Assembly (NCBI GenBank): GCA_900088475.1
Contig: FLMG01000484.1
Location: 1 to 64,000 of the forward strand
Reading direction: 5' to 3'
DNA from: Hyphochytrium catenoides
Taxonomy: Eukaryota > Protista > Hyphochytriomycota
DNA: 64,000 bases
In this document: positions 53,111 through 64,000 of the stretch, piece after piece
How positions within the stretch are numbered: position 1 is the first letter of the stretch
How the letters are laid out: each line of letters begins with the position of its first letter
The notes under the pieces: model-generated
What the model saw: only the letters and a program-made list of their open reading frames with translations
The model's database searches: none
Told to the model about the DNA's origin: nothing
Translations under genes and position numbers: made by a program

Positions 53111-53986
53111 TTAGAGAGGGCGGAGGAAGATGTGACCCCAGTCCTCCTTGTTCACGTCGTGGCACATAGAACCCCAATGTTCTTTGAAATACCCTGTCAC
53201 AAGCTCTTCGCCCGTCTTCGCGGTCGTTCCTTGCGCCATGTAACCCACACTGCCAAGCTCATCTCCTTGGAGCTCAAGAAGATTGTCTGAGACCATTCTT
53301 ACTGCGAGAGGAGTGTACTTGCGGTCAGGTCTAGAGCCTTGAGGCGGTCCGCCGACGAAGCCGAAGGTGACGACTCTCAGGTCTGCCGCCTGACCAGGCT
53401 TTGCAAACCGTCCAACCAAGACAAACTTGGGCTGGTACAAAGCGGGAGGGAGAGAGAGCTCCGTAATCACACTCATCCCTACATTGACTGTGACATGCTG
53501 CATAATGCGCTCGGCCAAATGAGATGGAAGGCGGCCCTTGCCTCCTCCTCCTTCTGTTAGCTCGGCACACAGCGTTTTCACCACCTCTTTAAACTCTTCC
53601 CTGGTAGCCTCAAGCACAGGTCTGCTATAGTCCCCACCAGCATTAGCAGAACGCGACGTAAGGGCCTTCGGGAGGTCTGAATCCGTGGGCGAGGCCCCTT
53701 TGTTGCCAAGACGCCTAGCATCAATCCCAATTTTGCATAACAGTATATCTCCTCTATTGGGCAGGAAGTTTCTGGCAAAATCGCGCAGCACCTCGTCCGT
53801 CAGCTCAGAGGGCAAGCATCTGAAATCTTGACGTGTCAAGCGTATCCTCCCAGTGGCTCCTAGCCTTTTCTTTCCTCCTGATCCAGAGTCCTGCCATTTT
53901 GACCAACCAAGATAGGCGATAGTGGCCACTGCCACCACACCCACTGTAACCACAGATAGACCATAGGAATCACTGTGCGAATCCAT
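53111..53986 (-). CDS. Single-exon hypothetical protein (about 290 aa) with an N-terminal signal-anchor
   Basis: Long uninterrupted ORF; hydrophobic LSVVTVGVVAVATIAYLGW followed by a Gly/Lys linker; no recognised motif. Confidence 0.7.
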   Translation of the reverse strand: MDSHSDSYGLSVVTVGVVAVATIAYLGWSKWQDSGSGGKKRLGATGRIRLTRQDFRCLPSELTDEVLRDFARNFLPNRGDILLCKIGIDARRLGNKGASPTDSDLPKALTSRSANAGGDYSRPVLEATREEFKEVVKTLCAELTEGGGGKGRLPSHLAERIMQHVTVNVGMSVITELSLPPALYQPKFVLVGRFAKPGQAADLRVVTFGFVGGPPQGSRPDRKYTPLAVRMVSDNLLELQGDELGSVGYMAQGTTAKTGEELVTGYFKEHWGSMCHDVNKEDWGHIFLRPL

Positions 53987-54634
53987 TGCTCTGTAGAGCG
54001 TCTTCCTCACTCTGCCTTCCACACCGTGGCCGCTGTGGCTGTGCTGTCAGGTCAGAGGTTCAGAGCTTTGAAGGCTGAGCGACGGTTAGAAGAAGAGATC
54101 TCATCATCGTGCAGACGATCATCCAAGCCAAAGAAATATCTCCTGCATTTACCGAAAACGACCCGAATCTGGAGTGCAACTGCCGAAGGTTGCATAACAT
54201 ACTATCTATATTGCCCTTGTAGAGAACCTTAGCCGAGAATAAATGGGTCAGACTTCGGCTTACAGTAGTGTAGGAAGCTCTCCCTCTTGCAAGTAGAGAA
54301 ACACCTTCAAGCTCCTCGAGTCTATCATCCTTTCTGATTGTTGGATCCGTTGCTCTGCCTCCTCTCGAACAAGCGGCCCTGGCCTGAGTGCGTGAGCAGT
54401 GCAAGGACCGCTCGGATGATGGAGCGAGTAGAGGATGGCGCAGGGTACTGAGGCAGCACTTCGTAACCTTCTTTGAGTCAGTGCCCAGTTAAACAGGGCG
54501 GGCAAGGGAGACTTTTGTCGCAGTTGAACAGCTGTAGCTCTGAGGATGTATGTCTCTGATGTAAAGGCTCCATCATCTTAGCCTCTTAGCTTAGATTAGC
54601 TGCCGTAGTTCGTGCCACAGGTCTCTATTGGAAG

Positions 54635-56684
54635 ATGTCGGGCGTTAGTGATGCAGACAAACAACCGACCCTGAAAGGTAAAGTTCTGTGTCTCGGTAGC
54701 TTCCACAGTCAGTGGGACTAATCAGCTCCTTCGTAGTGATGAGGCTGTATAAGCCCAAGCTTCACATGTCGCACAAAGTTTTAGATGATGTCTCACCGAC
54801 AAAGGGCCCTGACCTCTTCTCACTTTCCCGGGGAATGATTCTTCCGGACAGCTTCGGGTATCCCTTTATTCCTTATCCATTTGTTATGCATTAACATACG
54901 GTTGGCATCTGCTAACGTCGCCTTGACAGCAATATTTATTTGGGGGAGACTTTCTGCAGCTACATCAGCGTCCTCAACCACTTTCCCTACGATCTGGCAA
55001 ACGTTGGGTTATCGGTGAGACGATCTTCATGAGCCAGATGACATTTTTGTTCCTACCTCTATCAGCTCTCTGGTACCTCCTAGTCTCAAGATCCGCTCTC
55101 GTTGCCTGACTCTCCTGTCGCAGGCTAAGCTTCAAACGCCAAGCGTACGCACAGATTTGCTGGATGTTCGGCTGTCAAGAACAGGAGAAGAAACATTACC
55201 TCAAAATCCCGTACCGAACTTCCGTGCTGGCAGCAACCTTGACATGGTGGTGGAGCACGTCCTAGCCGAGCTAGGTGTACACACGTAAGAACACTTCTTC
55301 ATAATGTGGTCTAAAGCGCGCTGGGTTAGCCTACGGCTAAGAGTAGAAGTACTGATCCAATCCATTGCTTTCTTGGCCCCTTAGGCTGCGAGTCGGGGTT
55401 ACATATAGCGACAGCGAGACTGGAGAACCCAAGACTTTGCGCAAGTACTATCGGTTCAATGTTATGAACCCACTGACTATCTCCTTCAAGCACACCGCCG
55501 TCATGGTAGGTATTACCTCCAAAGAAGGTCCCCTATTGGTTCCGCCCTTTTGTCTTTCCGTTGGTTGCGCTTCATCACTGATGTTTGGCTTTGACTTCCT
55601 GGTGACAGGGTGACTCCTACGTAGAGGCGCATATCAAGAACAACACAACGACAGCCCTCTTCTTCGACTCAATCGTCTTTCAACCCACTCCTCCTTTCTT
55701 TGTTGAAGACCTTCAAAGTACTGAGGAGGATCGAAACTCACGGCAAGTTGTCATGGTTGGGGTGGGGAGAATGGAGGCTGCCTGAACCTCTTCCGAGTAA
55801 CGAGGTTTGTTGTGGGCTAAGAGGTCATCTCCCACTGCAGGAAATCGTACTCTAAGCTCTTGTACGTCAACCCCGAGGAGAAGATTCAGAAGGTCTATCT
55901 CATCAAAGCGGGCGAAGGGCCCGAGCCTACTAATCAGGTAAAAGGCGTTTGCAACTAGCAATAAGGCTGTCCTCTAGCGTCTTTATTCCGTCATTCAAGG
56001 CTTCCAGAAACGTCTGGGTGCGATGATCTCCTTTGTCATTTCCCTCCTCTCTTTGACGTTGTAGCTGTACGTTGTGGCCTTGCGAGGTGTTTACCACTAA
56101 GCCGTATCATGCCTACAGACACTCACTAACCTTGGAAGATTAGACATACAATGGCGAACAGCACTAGGGGAAGCCGGAAGACTGCAGACACAGCCAGTCG
56201 CAAGAAAAGTAAGCATTGATTTTCGATATTTGTTGGAAGCCTCTTCTTGCTAAAGAGGATCATGAAACAGGTGCCTCTTAAGAATCAGGTCGAAGTTACG
56301 TTGGAGAACCTCCCTGACAGGCTTATTCTTGGAGCGACATACGTAGCTACGTGCACGGTGACAAACAACAGTCCAAGGTCTTTATACTTGCAGCTCCAGT
56401 TCCGTAAGGAGCTGATGGGTGGCGTCTTTGTCAGCGGCGTCTCCGCGCAGGTCCGATGGATTTCCGGTATCCAGGGACTCTTGCAATGAGTTGACTCTTT
56501 CTTATCTCTGCAGAATCTGGGAGAGGTGCCATCTCAGATGTCCAAGTCAACTGAGGTGAAGCTTATACCACTAGTCGCGGGCCTCCATGAAGTCAAAGGC
56601 ATGGTTGTCGTAGATCTCGCCACATCCAAAGACTATCCACAGGAGAAGCTCCAGGACGTGATTGTAGAGGAGACGGCTCAATAG
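54635..56684 (+). CDS. TRAPPC13: Trafficking protein particle complex subunit 13
   Basis: LK|VMRLYKP; LPDSFG|NIYLGETFCSYISV; ELGVHT|LRVGVTY; LRKYYRFNVMNPL; LGRLDIQWRTALGEAGRLQT; LIPLVAGLHEV. Confidence 0.93.
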
Positions 56685-56703
56685 ATTATCTTGATTTGGG
56701 TTA

Positions 56704-56928
56704 TCACTGACTCTTTTTGGCGCTTCGCGTTCTCTGCTTAGAGCTCTTCATCTCCTCCTTAGCTTTGATCTCAAGCAGAAGCTCTCTGGTAGTATAGAGG
56801 GCGACAGCTATCAGCAGCACGAGAGCGGCGGTAAGATATAACAGATAACGTTGAGGATGCTGCACAGCCTGCAAAAACTGCTCCTCGATCTGCCCTTGAA
56901 CATACGTGAGCAGGTCCGATGACATCAT
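56704..56928 (-). CDS. Small single-TM membrane protein, SMIM15-like (74 aa)
   Basis: A..HP..YL.YL...LVLL....LY...LL.EIKAKE plus a basic tail resembles the SMIM15 layout. Confidence 0.5.
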   Translation of the reverse strand: MMSSDLLTYVQGQIEEQFLQAVQHPQRYLLYLTAALVLLIAVALYTTRELLLEIKAKEEMKSSKQRTRSAKKSQ

Positions 56929-57635
56929 GACCGTAGATAGCAGGAAGTTTGTCCTCCTCAGCAGCAGGGATCTGTAGATCTATATAGCTGTCCAACTAGG
57001 GTTTGCTCCAAGTGTCAGCGGGCGGACCTGGCTGATGGGCCAAGGTCTGACATTCTTAGCAATGGAGCTCAGAAAATTTTACTTTCTCAATGGCAAGCGG
57101 GCGTGTAGGCGGAGGAGGACGCTACACTAAATGTATGGGATGGGTGTTCCCAAGGAAAGATATAATCAGAATCTTCATTCTGTAACCCCCAATCGCGATA
57201 ATCCTAGGACCATACAGTACCCCAGCTCATAGATCTTCCTACTAGGGTTAGGGAAGAGTGATATCGTGTTGTCTGTTTATAGCCTGGTACCCGTTGTAGA
57301 GCAAGTGAAACGCAAATGCGACTAAGCTCGGTTGACCCCATAGAAAATTAGGGTCCTGCCCTCTCGTAGCGCCACGCCGCGGCCGCTTCTGATTGTACTC
57401 ATCACACCTCACAGCTGACGGAGATCTCAGGAGCAAGACAAGACTGATGACAAATGAAAAATTGATGCACTGCGAGAGAGGAGAGGAAACCTCTCTTGGC
57501 AGCCGAGAAGAAGCAAATGTCTGTCCAGCAGTGATGGATCTAGGGGGAGGCTAAGGTTATAAAAGCAATGATGTCTGACGTGCAGTGCTATTCCAGGATT
57601 TAAGTTCGGAAGGGATGGTCTAAGTGGATGCGAGG

Positions 57636-60600
57636 ATGTACGGCCGAACCATCTGCTTCCACGTGACGTGGCTCCTGGCTGTGTTGCCAGCAGCTATTGT
57701 CTTGGCAGAGTCCAGATTCTCCTTGGTTGCCAGCCGCGGTCCGTGCTTTGTACTTGCTCTGTGGAAGAGATTCAGTGATGCTGACATCCTAACGACACGT
57801 TTTCCGGCCCGTCACCTGGGTGGACCTGCAATCGTCTCATTTCCTTAACTTCTCGCTCTGCCATTCCCAGGACTCTCCAAGGTGATAAATGGCATCCGGT
57901 CCACCGTTTCTAGGTCGCCAGCCCAAAGGNNNNNNNNNNNNNNNNNNNNNNNNNNNNNNNNNNNNNNNNNNNNNNNNNNNNNNNNNNNNNNNNCACACGG
58001 GAACGGTCGATGTAGGTCCTTTTCTCAATTTATCTAAAAGGCCGCCGCTTGAGCCCTCGTTCACAACCAAACAAGCCAATGCCACTGCATTTATTCTTTC
58101 CAACTCTCTCGAAGTTTGATCTCAATCTATCTTTGGCTCTGCTGCTCTTCGCCATCAACAGCATACGGTTAATGTGCTCCTTCAAAGATCTACTTGTGCT
58201 TTTCCTCTCCAGTCTGAACTCCCTTTCTCCCGGTTATGCGGCGACTGCAGTGGGTGTTCGATAGTGGAGCACCTCTAGTCCATGCCTCGAAGTCTTCAGC
58301 AGACTTTCAGGGTGCCATTGTGCCGGCTACGGACGGACGAATAGTCCACATCGTAGACAGCACGGTGAACACTCTGGATATTAAAGCCCAAGACATAGTG
58401 AAAAAGAGTCCTTTCGTGAGCAATGATGGCAAGTCTTTGTTCACGGGGAAAAAGACCACCACTTTGTTTGTTCTGGACCTCAAGTCAGGACAATCCACGG
58501 TACGACCTTACTGTGCGATCCACTGCTTCTGGACGTCTTTCTGCTGTGTTCGTTGCGTTCGCTTATTTCTCCAACGGCTTGGTCTCCTTATAACGTTTTG
58601 CATTCACTCCTTTGCACTAAAGCCTTGCCCTTGTCATCCTTATAGTTCTGCCTACTGATGGTCTTATCACTCCTGCCTTTCTAGTAATTGTAGCATTCGT
58701 GTCGTGCGCAATTGTCTGGCAACCTTCTCTTATAGTTTCTTCGCCCTTTTTCTAAGACTGGATAATCAGGCTTCTTGCTAATCCTGGCCTTTCTTGTGAT
58801 TCGTCCAGATGACTCTTGCCGATCAATGCCCACAGCCGGACCTGAAGTCAACGGCAGGTCTTCTTTCTCGGGAAGAGAGGACAGAAGATGACGGCCAAGA
58901 GATAGAGGATGACCTCTCGGTGGAAGTGGAGGAAGAAGAAGACTTGTATAACAATGCTGAAGAACCCTATCATGACTCTCAGGAAGACATCATTCCTGAA
59001 AAAGATCGACCGGCGATGTGGGTCAGCAGAACTGACTATGCGGTTCGTGCGTTTAGCACCGAGCTTAGAGCTCAGCAGTTTGAGTTTACCTACAGGTATT
59101 ATCTCCTGATAACAGTACGGTAATGCATCTCAGTCTGACTTTTTGGCGGCCCTCTTTCGGCTCTGGGATGCTGGCCAGCGATTTGCGTATCCTCTCCCAT
59201 TCTAGGGACAGCTTGCAGTGTGGCGATGGAGTCCCCGTCAACTTAAAGGATATCGACCTTGTCGTGGGCGAATCAGGTAAACACTTTTGGTGCTAGATAC
59301 AAGCAGGGTGAACGACAGCTATGAAGATGGAACCACACGGGAAAGACAACTGAAGCAATGTCGTAGAGGTGTAAACCTGGAAGGAAGCCGAGTTCTAAAA
59401 CCATGGAGCTCTTAAGATGTTACGGATTTATACTCAAAGCTTCGCCTTATTCTACTTCCGGTCTAGGCGTCCTGCACTACCGCGAGCGCATTTCAGGCAA
59501 CGTGTGGTCTGCCGATTTGGGCTCTCACATAGTAAACGTTTTGAGCCCTTCAACAGCCAACACTCTTCCTCTGAAGAGACTTGGGCATGTGCAGGGAAGC
59601 ATGCAAGACGTTACCGTCACATCGGATGTGAGAGGAGGAGACGCAGCTGATACTGCCCTACTTCGGCTCGATCAGCGCGGAGAGCCGTTCGCTGTCACAG
59701 GTTCACTCATCGACTCCTTTGGGTTTGTTTGGAACGAGGGAGAATGGCAGGTATGAGAGATGCACCACCAAGCCAGCTGGTAGTTTCTTAGCCTGGCTTG
59801 TGCATTGTTAGCCTGGCTCTTGCACTGCTGCACCTTGCAGTTTCCTGACCCGATGATGTCACCGACTAGGCGGTCAATAACCCTGGCAACAACGATAACG
59901 CAGCAGTTATTCCTTTTGTGAGGCAGCTATTGGACTCCGAGGCTGATAGTGGACGATCTGGAAAATGCCACGACGGAAGCTTCTTGTGCTTGGTGGGTTT
60001 ACTTACGACAAATCTTAGCACCGAAGGTGAGAAGCATGCTTCCAAGGCATCGCTGTGTTGTGGCTCCTTATGTTCCCTTTTGGCGCCAACAAGAGTCTGA
60101 GAATCTGTGTGATAGCTCCTTGGTATGAGCTATAGGGATCTAGCTTACGACAAAGAGTCAGATTTCTCGCTGTTAGTCTAGCATCACCATCGCCCTTTAG
60201 CCTGGTCTGAGTCTACCTTCGGTGACTTCTTGTCAGACTAACGTCACCTCTGCAGCTGTACTGAGTCGTTTTGACTACATATGGTCGGATCCGCTGGTTT
60301 GGCTTCTGACAGTCCTTAGCACCTTGCTGCTTCTGGCAGTTGTTTTCCTTATGGGTACAGTTTACCGCCAGTGGAGGCAAATAAAGAGCTCAGGTACCAA
60401 TCTGTTTGCGGTATTATGACCTATAATACTGGTTGTCTGTTCTGCAGTCGCTGACTTTCTTTCTATTATGTTCAGCAGCTGACGTAAAGCAAGAATCGCA
60501 AACCCAAAATGGAACGAACGAAGAATCCACCCTGGCAAGGGCGCGCCGCGACAGCGCAGGGTTTATTTGCGTGGGCTCTCTGAAACTGTCTGATGAGGTA

Positions 60601-63600
60601 CTAGAATTCTTCAAAGTCCGCGAAAACTAACAGGAATTGGACCCCTTGTAAGTTCTCAGTTGCCCCTAACTTTCCTTTCTTCTAATTTGACAGATTTTGG
60701 GGTACGGAAGCCATGGGACAGTGGTATATGCAGGGCTTCTGGGTAATAGGCAGGTAGCTATCAAGAGAATGCTACGACAATTCCACAGCAGCGCGGACAA
60801 GGAGGTCAGAGTTATCTGCTTTCTCATAATAGTTATCCTTCATAGTCGTTCTCAAAGTATTTGGTTATATTCAAAGTCTTGCTTTGGTCTGTGCATAAGC
60901 TCGACTTACTTGGTGATTGATGTGATGTCGTTTACGTTCTCCAGTCCTACCTCATGGGTCAACAGGGCTAAAGTTCTCTTATATCCCACAGATTCAGCTG
61001 CTGATCCATTCAGATGGGCACCCCAACGTGGTGAGATACTTTGCAAGAGAAGTAGAGGGAGACTTCGTGTACCTCGCACTCGAGCGGTGTAAGGTAAGGT
61101 TTCGCAATGACTGGGAGACATCATAGCGACTGGAAAGAGTCAGAGGATTACGAACAATGAGAGCCGATAAGGAGAGAAGATGGAGATGCAGCATATCCAA
61201 AGACAAAGTGGCAAGCTACTAAGCGATAACTGTAGGGCTCGCTATCGGACTTTCTTGCCACTGTTAAGGCGGCGGAAAGCCGTTCTCAGGTGCTTACCTC
61301 AAATTTCCTCCCCAAACCCTTGCGGCGGTGGCTGCGAGAATTGGGTTCTGGAGTTGCTCACCTTCACTCTCTAAAAATCCTGCATCGGGATCTAAAACCG
61401 GGCAATATTCTGATCTCTGATGAGCCGATTAAAGGTACCCATACCAGAATGTCCTCTCTTGCTTCTAGCGGCAGCTGGCCCAATGTTAAGTGGCAGGTCC
61501 GGTCTGTTTTCAAGTGATGGTCGAGTCCACCCTTCAACTTTAAGTGCCTCAGTCGTGTTACTTGTTCGACGGCTGCGGACCTATATTGTCACAGAGCAAT
61601 CCGTCACAAGCCAATTTGCTCTCCGTTCTTTTAGGTTTCTATCTCGGGAGACCGAAGATCTCCGACATGGGCTTGGGCAAACAACTCGATCAAGATCAGA
61701 GCTCATTCGGCCATAGCTCTTTCGGTCTAAGGCGTCAGAAGCTAAACCCAGGCAGCAATGAAGACGATAAGGATGAAAGCTCAGCAAGAGCTCCTGGAAG
61801 CGTAGGCTGGCAGGCACCTGAGATTGTTGCTCTTAGGGGTGCAAACTTACCTTTCTCGGAGGGGTCTGAGACCTCCGCTGAGGCACCGTCCAGGCGCCAT
61901 ATTAATGGTGCCGATGATGGAGAGGCCAGCGACAACTCTAGCAGTGGCCGGGCGATCCTGTCTAAGCGGACGGCGGCTGTGGACATCTTCTCTCTGGGCT
62001 GCGTATTCTACACGGCGATAGACTCCGGTAATCATCCTTTTGGAGAATGGTTCGAAAGAGAAAGGAACATTATTATGGTAAGATCTAACCGTTTTCTGAA
62101 AGTTAGCACGTAAAGCCAGAGAACCTGGCAGAAAGAGTACGGAAATCGCAGACGGGGAGATGAAAAGATGACTCTCTTCTCTGACATCTCCTCTCAACAT
62201 CATCTACTATGGTAGGGTGAGAAGAACCTTAGGGCACTCCGTCAGCTGCCTACAGCGCGTCATTTGCTTTCACAGATGCTAGACCAGGAGCCTGCGGCAC
62301 GGCCCTCAGCGGCAGAGGTAGTAGGCCATCCTACCTTCTGGGAAGAGGAGAAAACCATTGCCTTCTTGCAGGACCTCAGCGATCGACTGGATAAGGAGGA
62401 CCGGAATGGACCACTAATTCAGGGTGGGATGAAGGTTCCTTCGTATTATTCGGCTTAAAGCGCTGCGGTCTGACACCTTGACCACCTGTCCACGTGTGAA
62501 TTTGACTTCCTTGACTCCATGTTACCCGGTGCTTAGACCTAGAGTCTCGCGCCAATCGTGTCTTTCCGGACTGTAGCTGGGAGGGCCAAGTGGACAAGCT
62601 GCTCGTTGAATGCATGCTGAAGTACCGGCGATACAACTATAACTCCTTAGCCGACTTCTTGAGGCTTTTTCGAAATGAGAGACATCATTATCATGAGCTT
62701 CCGCAAGAGGCACAGCAGGTCCTTACTTGGCTGGCCCTTCCACCTCGTTGATAGCTAGTAACTATGCGTGCTGCGGTACACATCATTACTGGCTACCGTT
62801 CTCGCTGATCTTTCACTTTGCTTGTCCTCCGTTAGTGATTGCCAGCATCTCTAACGCAGCAGGACGATTATGTGGGCTGACTTGATCTGTGTACCATCCG
62901 TTTTTAGCTACTCGGAGAGTTGCCGGAGGGCTTCCTCGCCTACTTTCTCAACCGTTTCCCGTCGCTTTTGATCACGTGTTACACTTTTGCCTCTGAGTAC
63001 TTCTACGACGAAAAGCTGTTCCAGAGCTATTTTGGGCCCGCATCCAAGCGCTTCGCGGTGCGTACTTCTCCTGCTACGTCTTCAATTCGCGTCTCTTATG
63101 CAGAACTTCTAATTTATCGCCTTTAGTGCGAACTTCGTCTATTCATATGACTCATATGAACCTAGAAACTGTCATATGAGTTGTAGAGCCATGAGTCACA
63201 GACTAGTCTCATCCATAGCATCCTTTTCCTTTCTGCATTGCATGTCGGTACATCGTAGCTAAAAGCACAGAAGCGACAGTCAGGGCAAACTCGCTCTTGC
63301 ATTCTTTGGCGAGACCGCCTCAAAACTCCTCGCGGATGGCTCAGGCCGGCACCCGAGTGGATTGCTGATACGTCTTTCCGGGTGCGGTCGGCATTGAAGG
63401 ATAATTTGAGCCGCACAGACGAGCGCTACCGCACTTCCTTTTGTGCTAACTGGATGAAGAGCACTGGTTTAGAGTGCAGATTTGGTAAGCGAATTCAAAA
63501 CACGGAACTAGCGCGTATGAATGAGGAGTCCGAGCTCTGATGCGGGATGGAGCCGCTTTAATCCCTTGAGGAGCCATCCTTTGTAAAGCCTGCGGCCATC

Positions 63601-64000
63601 TTGAGGCCTCCGAGAAGTCGCCGCGCTACCTCGGCCGCGGCGGGTAAGACAATTATTGACCAGATGGCTCCTTTTTGCAGGCGCTCGATGTGCATTTGCA
63701 CATGGTCATCATGAATTAAGGTTGTTTAAGGATCAGATTGACCGATGGGCGGACGATGGCACTCCTCTTCCTCTTCTTGCGCTGGGAGGGAAGAACGGGG
63801 ACAGTGTGGCCAGCGATAAGCTCCCACCAAAGACCAAAACGAAGGTGAGGCTCCTCCGCTTTCCCTTAATTTCATACAGCTCTGATAGTTTAACGAAAAA
63901 ATGTCTCCATTGGCTCACCGTCCACGCACAACCGTCGTCGATACAGCTCTGCAACTTTTTTGGGTCGCCTGTGGGGTGCAGAGATGGTGACAACTGCAGG
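57636..64000 (+). CDS. IRE1: IRE1 ER-stress kinase/endoribonuclease with a C-terminal CCCH zinc-finger extension (3'-partial; gap N 57930-57993 inside)
   Basis: Signal peptide; lumenal motifs [37 protein letters not shown]; TM near 60295-60360; [72 protein letters not shown]; KEN domain FLQDLSDR...KYRRY...[15 protein letters not shown]; CCCH exons at 63259-64000. Confidence 0.93.
59788..59827. repeat. Imperfect 20-bp tandem duplication (TTAGCCTGGCT...) in an IRE1 intron
   Basis: Visible directly. Confidence 0.75.

Noticed and set aside
57840-57850. U12-type branch consensus TTTCCTTAAC in IRE1 intron 1
   Set aside because: The likely donor is GTCCGT, not RTATCCTT.
61497-61502. GTCCGG as an IRE1 donor
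   Set aside because: Wrong phase; the phase-1 donor GTACCC at 61435 restores DEPIKG|[12 protein letters not shown].

Overview
Gene-dense eukaryotic (protist) genomic DNA with about 21 intron-containing or single-exon protein genes, short GT-AG introns (mostly 50-250 nt), the standard genetic code (TAA, TAG and TGA all end genes) and three assembly gaps. No tRNA, rRNA, CRISPR array or mobile element was recognised. Genes assembled by hand from exons: SEC14/CRAL-TRIO-GOLD, ankyrin and UBA-RING, TTL-family ligase, CHERP-like SURP-CID, histidine phosphatase, BLTP2/Hobbit, FABP-like, IFT27, SAP18, ZCRB1, Vps55, TM-RING-H2 E3, sestrin, a GRK, a bacterial-type hydroxyproline-pathway enolase-superfamily enzyme, TRAPPC13, SMIM15-like and IRE1. 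IFT27, ZCRB1 and a non-animal GRK suggest a flagellated protist with a minor spliceosome, possibly a stramenopile (inference). The top finding is invisible in the ORF track: IRE1 appears to continue past its RNase domain, through three in-phase introns, into at least two CCCH zinc fingers, which would give the ER-stress RNase its own RNA-binding module. Other leads are a histidine phosphatase fused to a 2H-phosphoesterase-like domain, a CaaX-ending GRK, a sestrin with an altered leucine pocket, and many tail-to-tail gene pairs with tiny gaps. All family assignments come from remembered motifs, not database searches.
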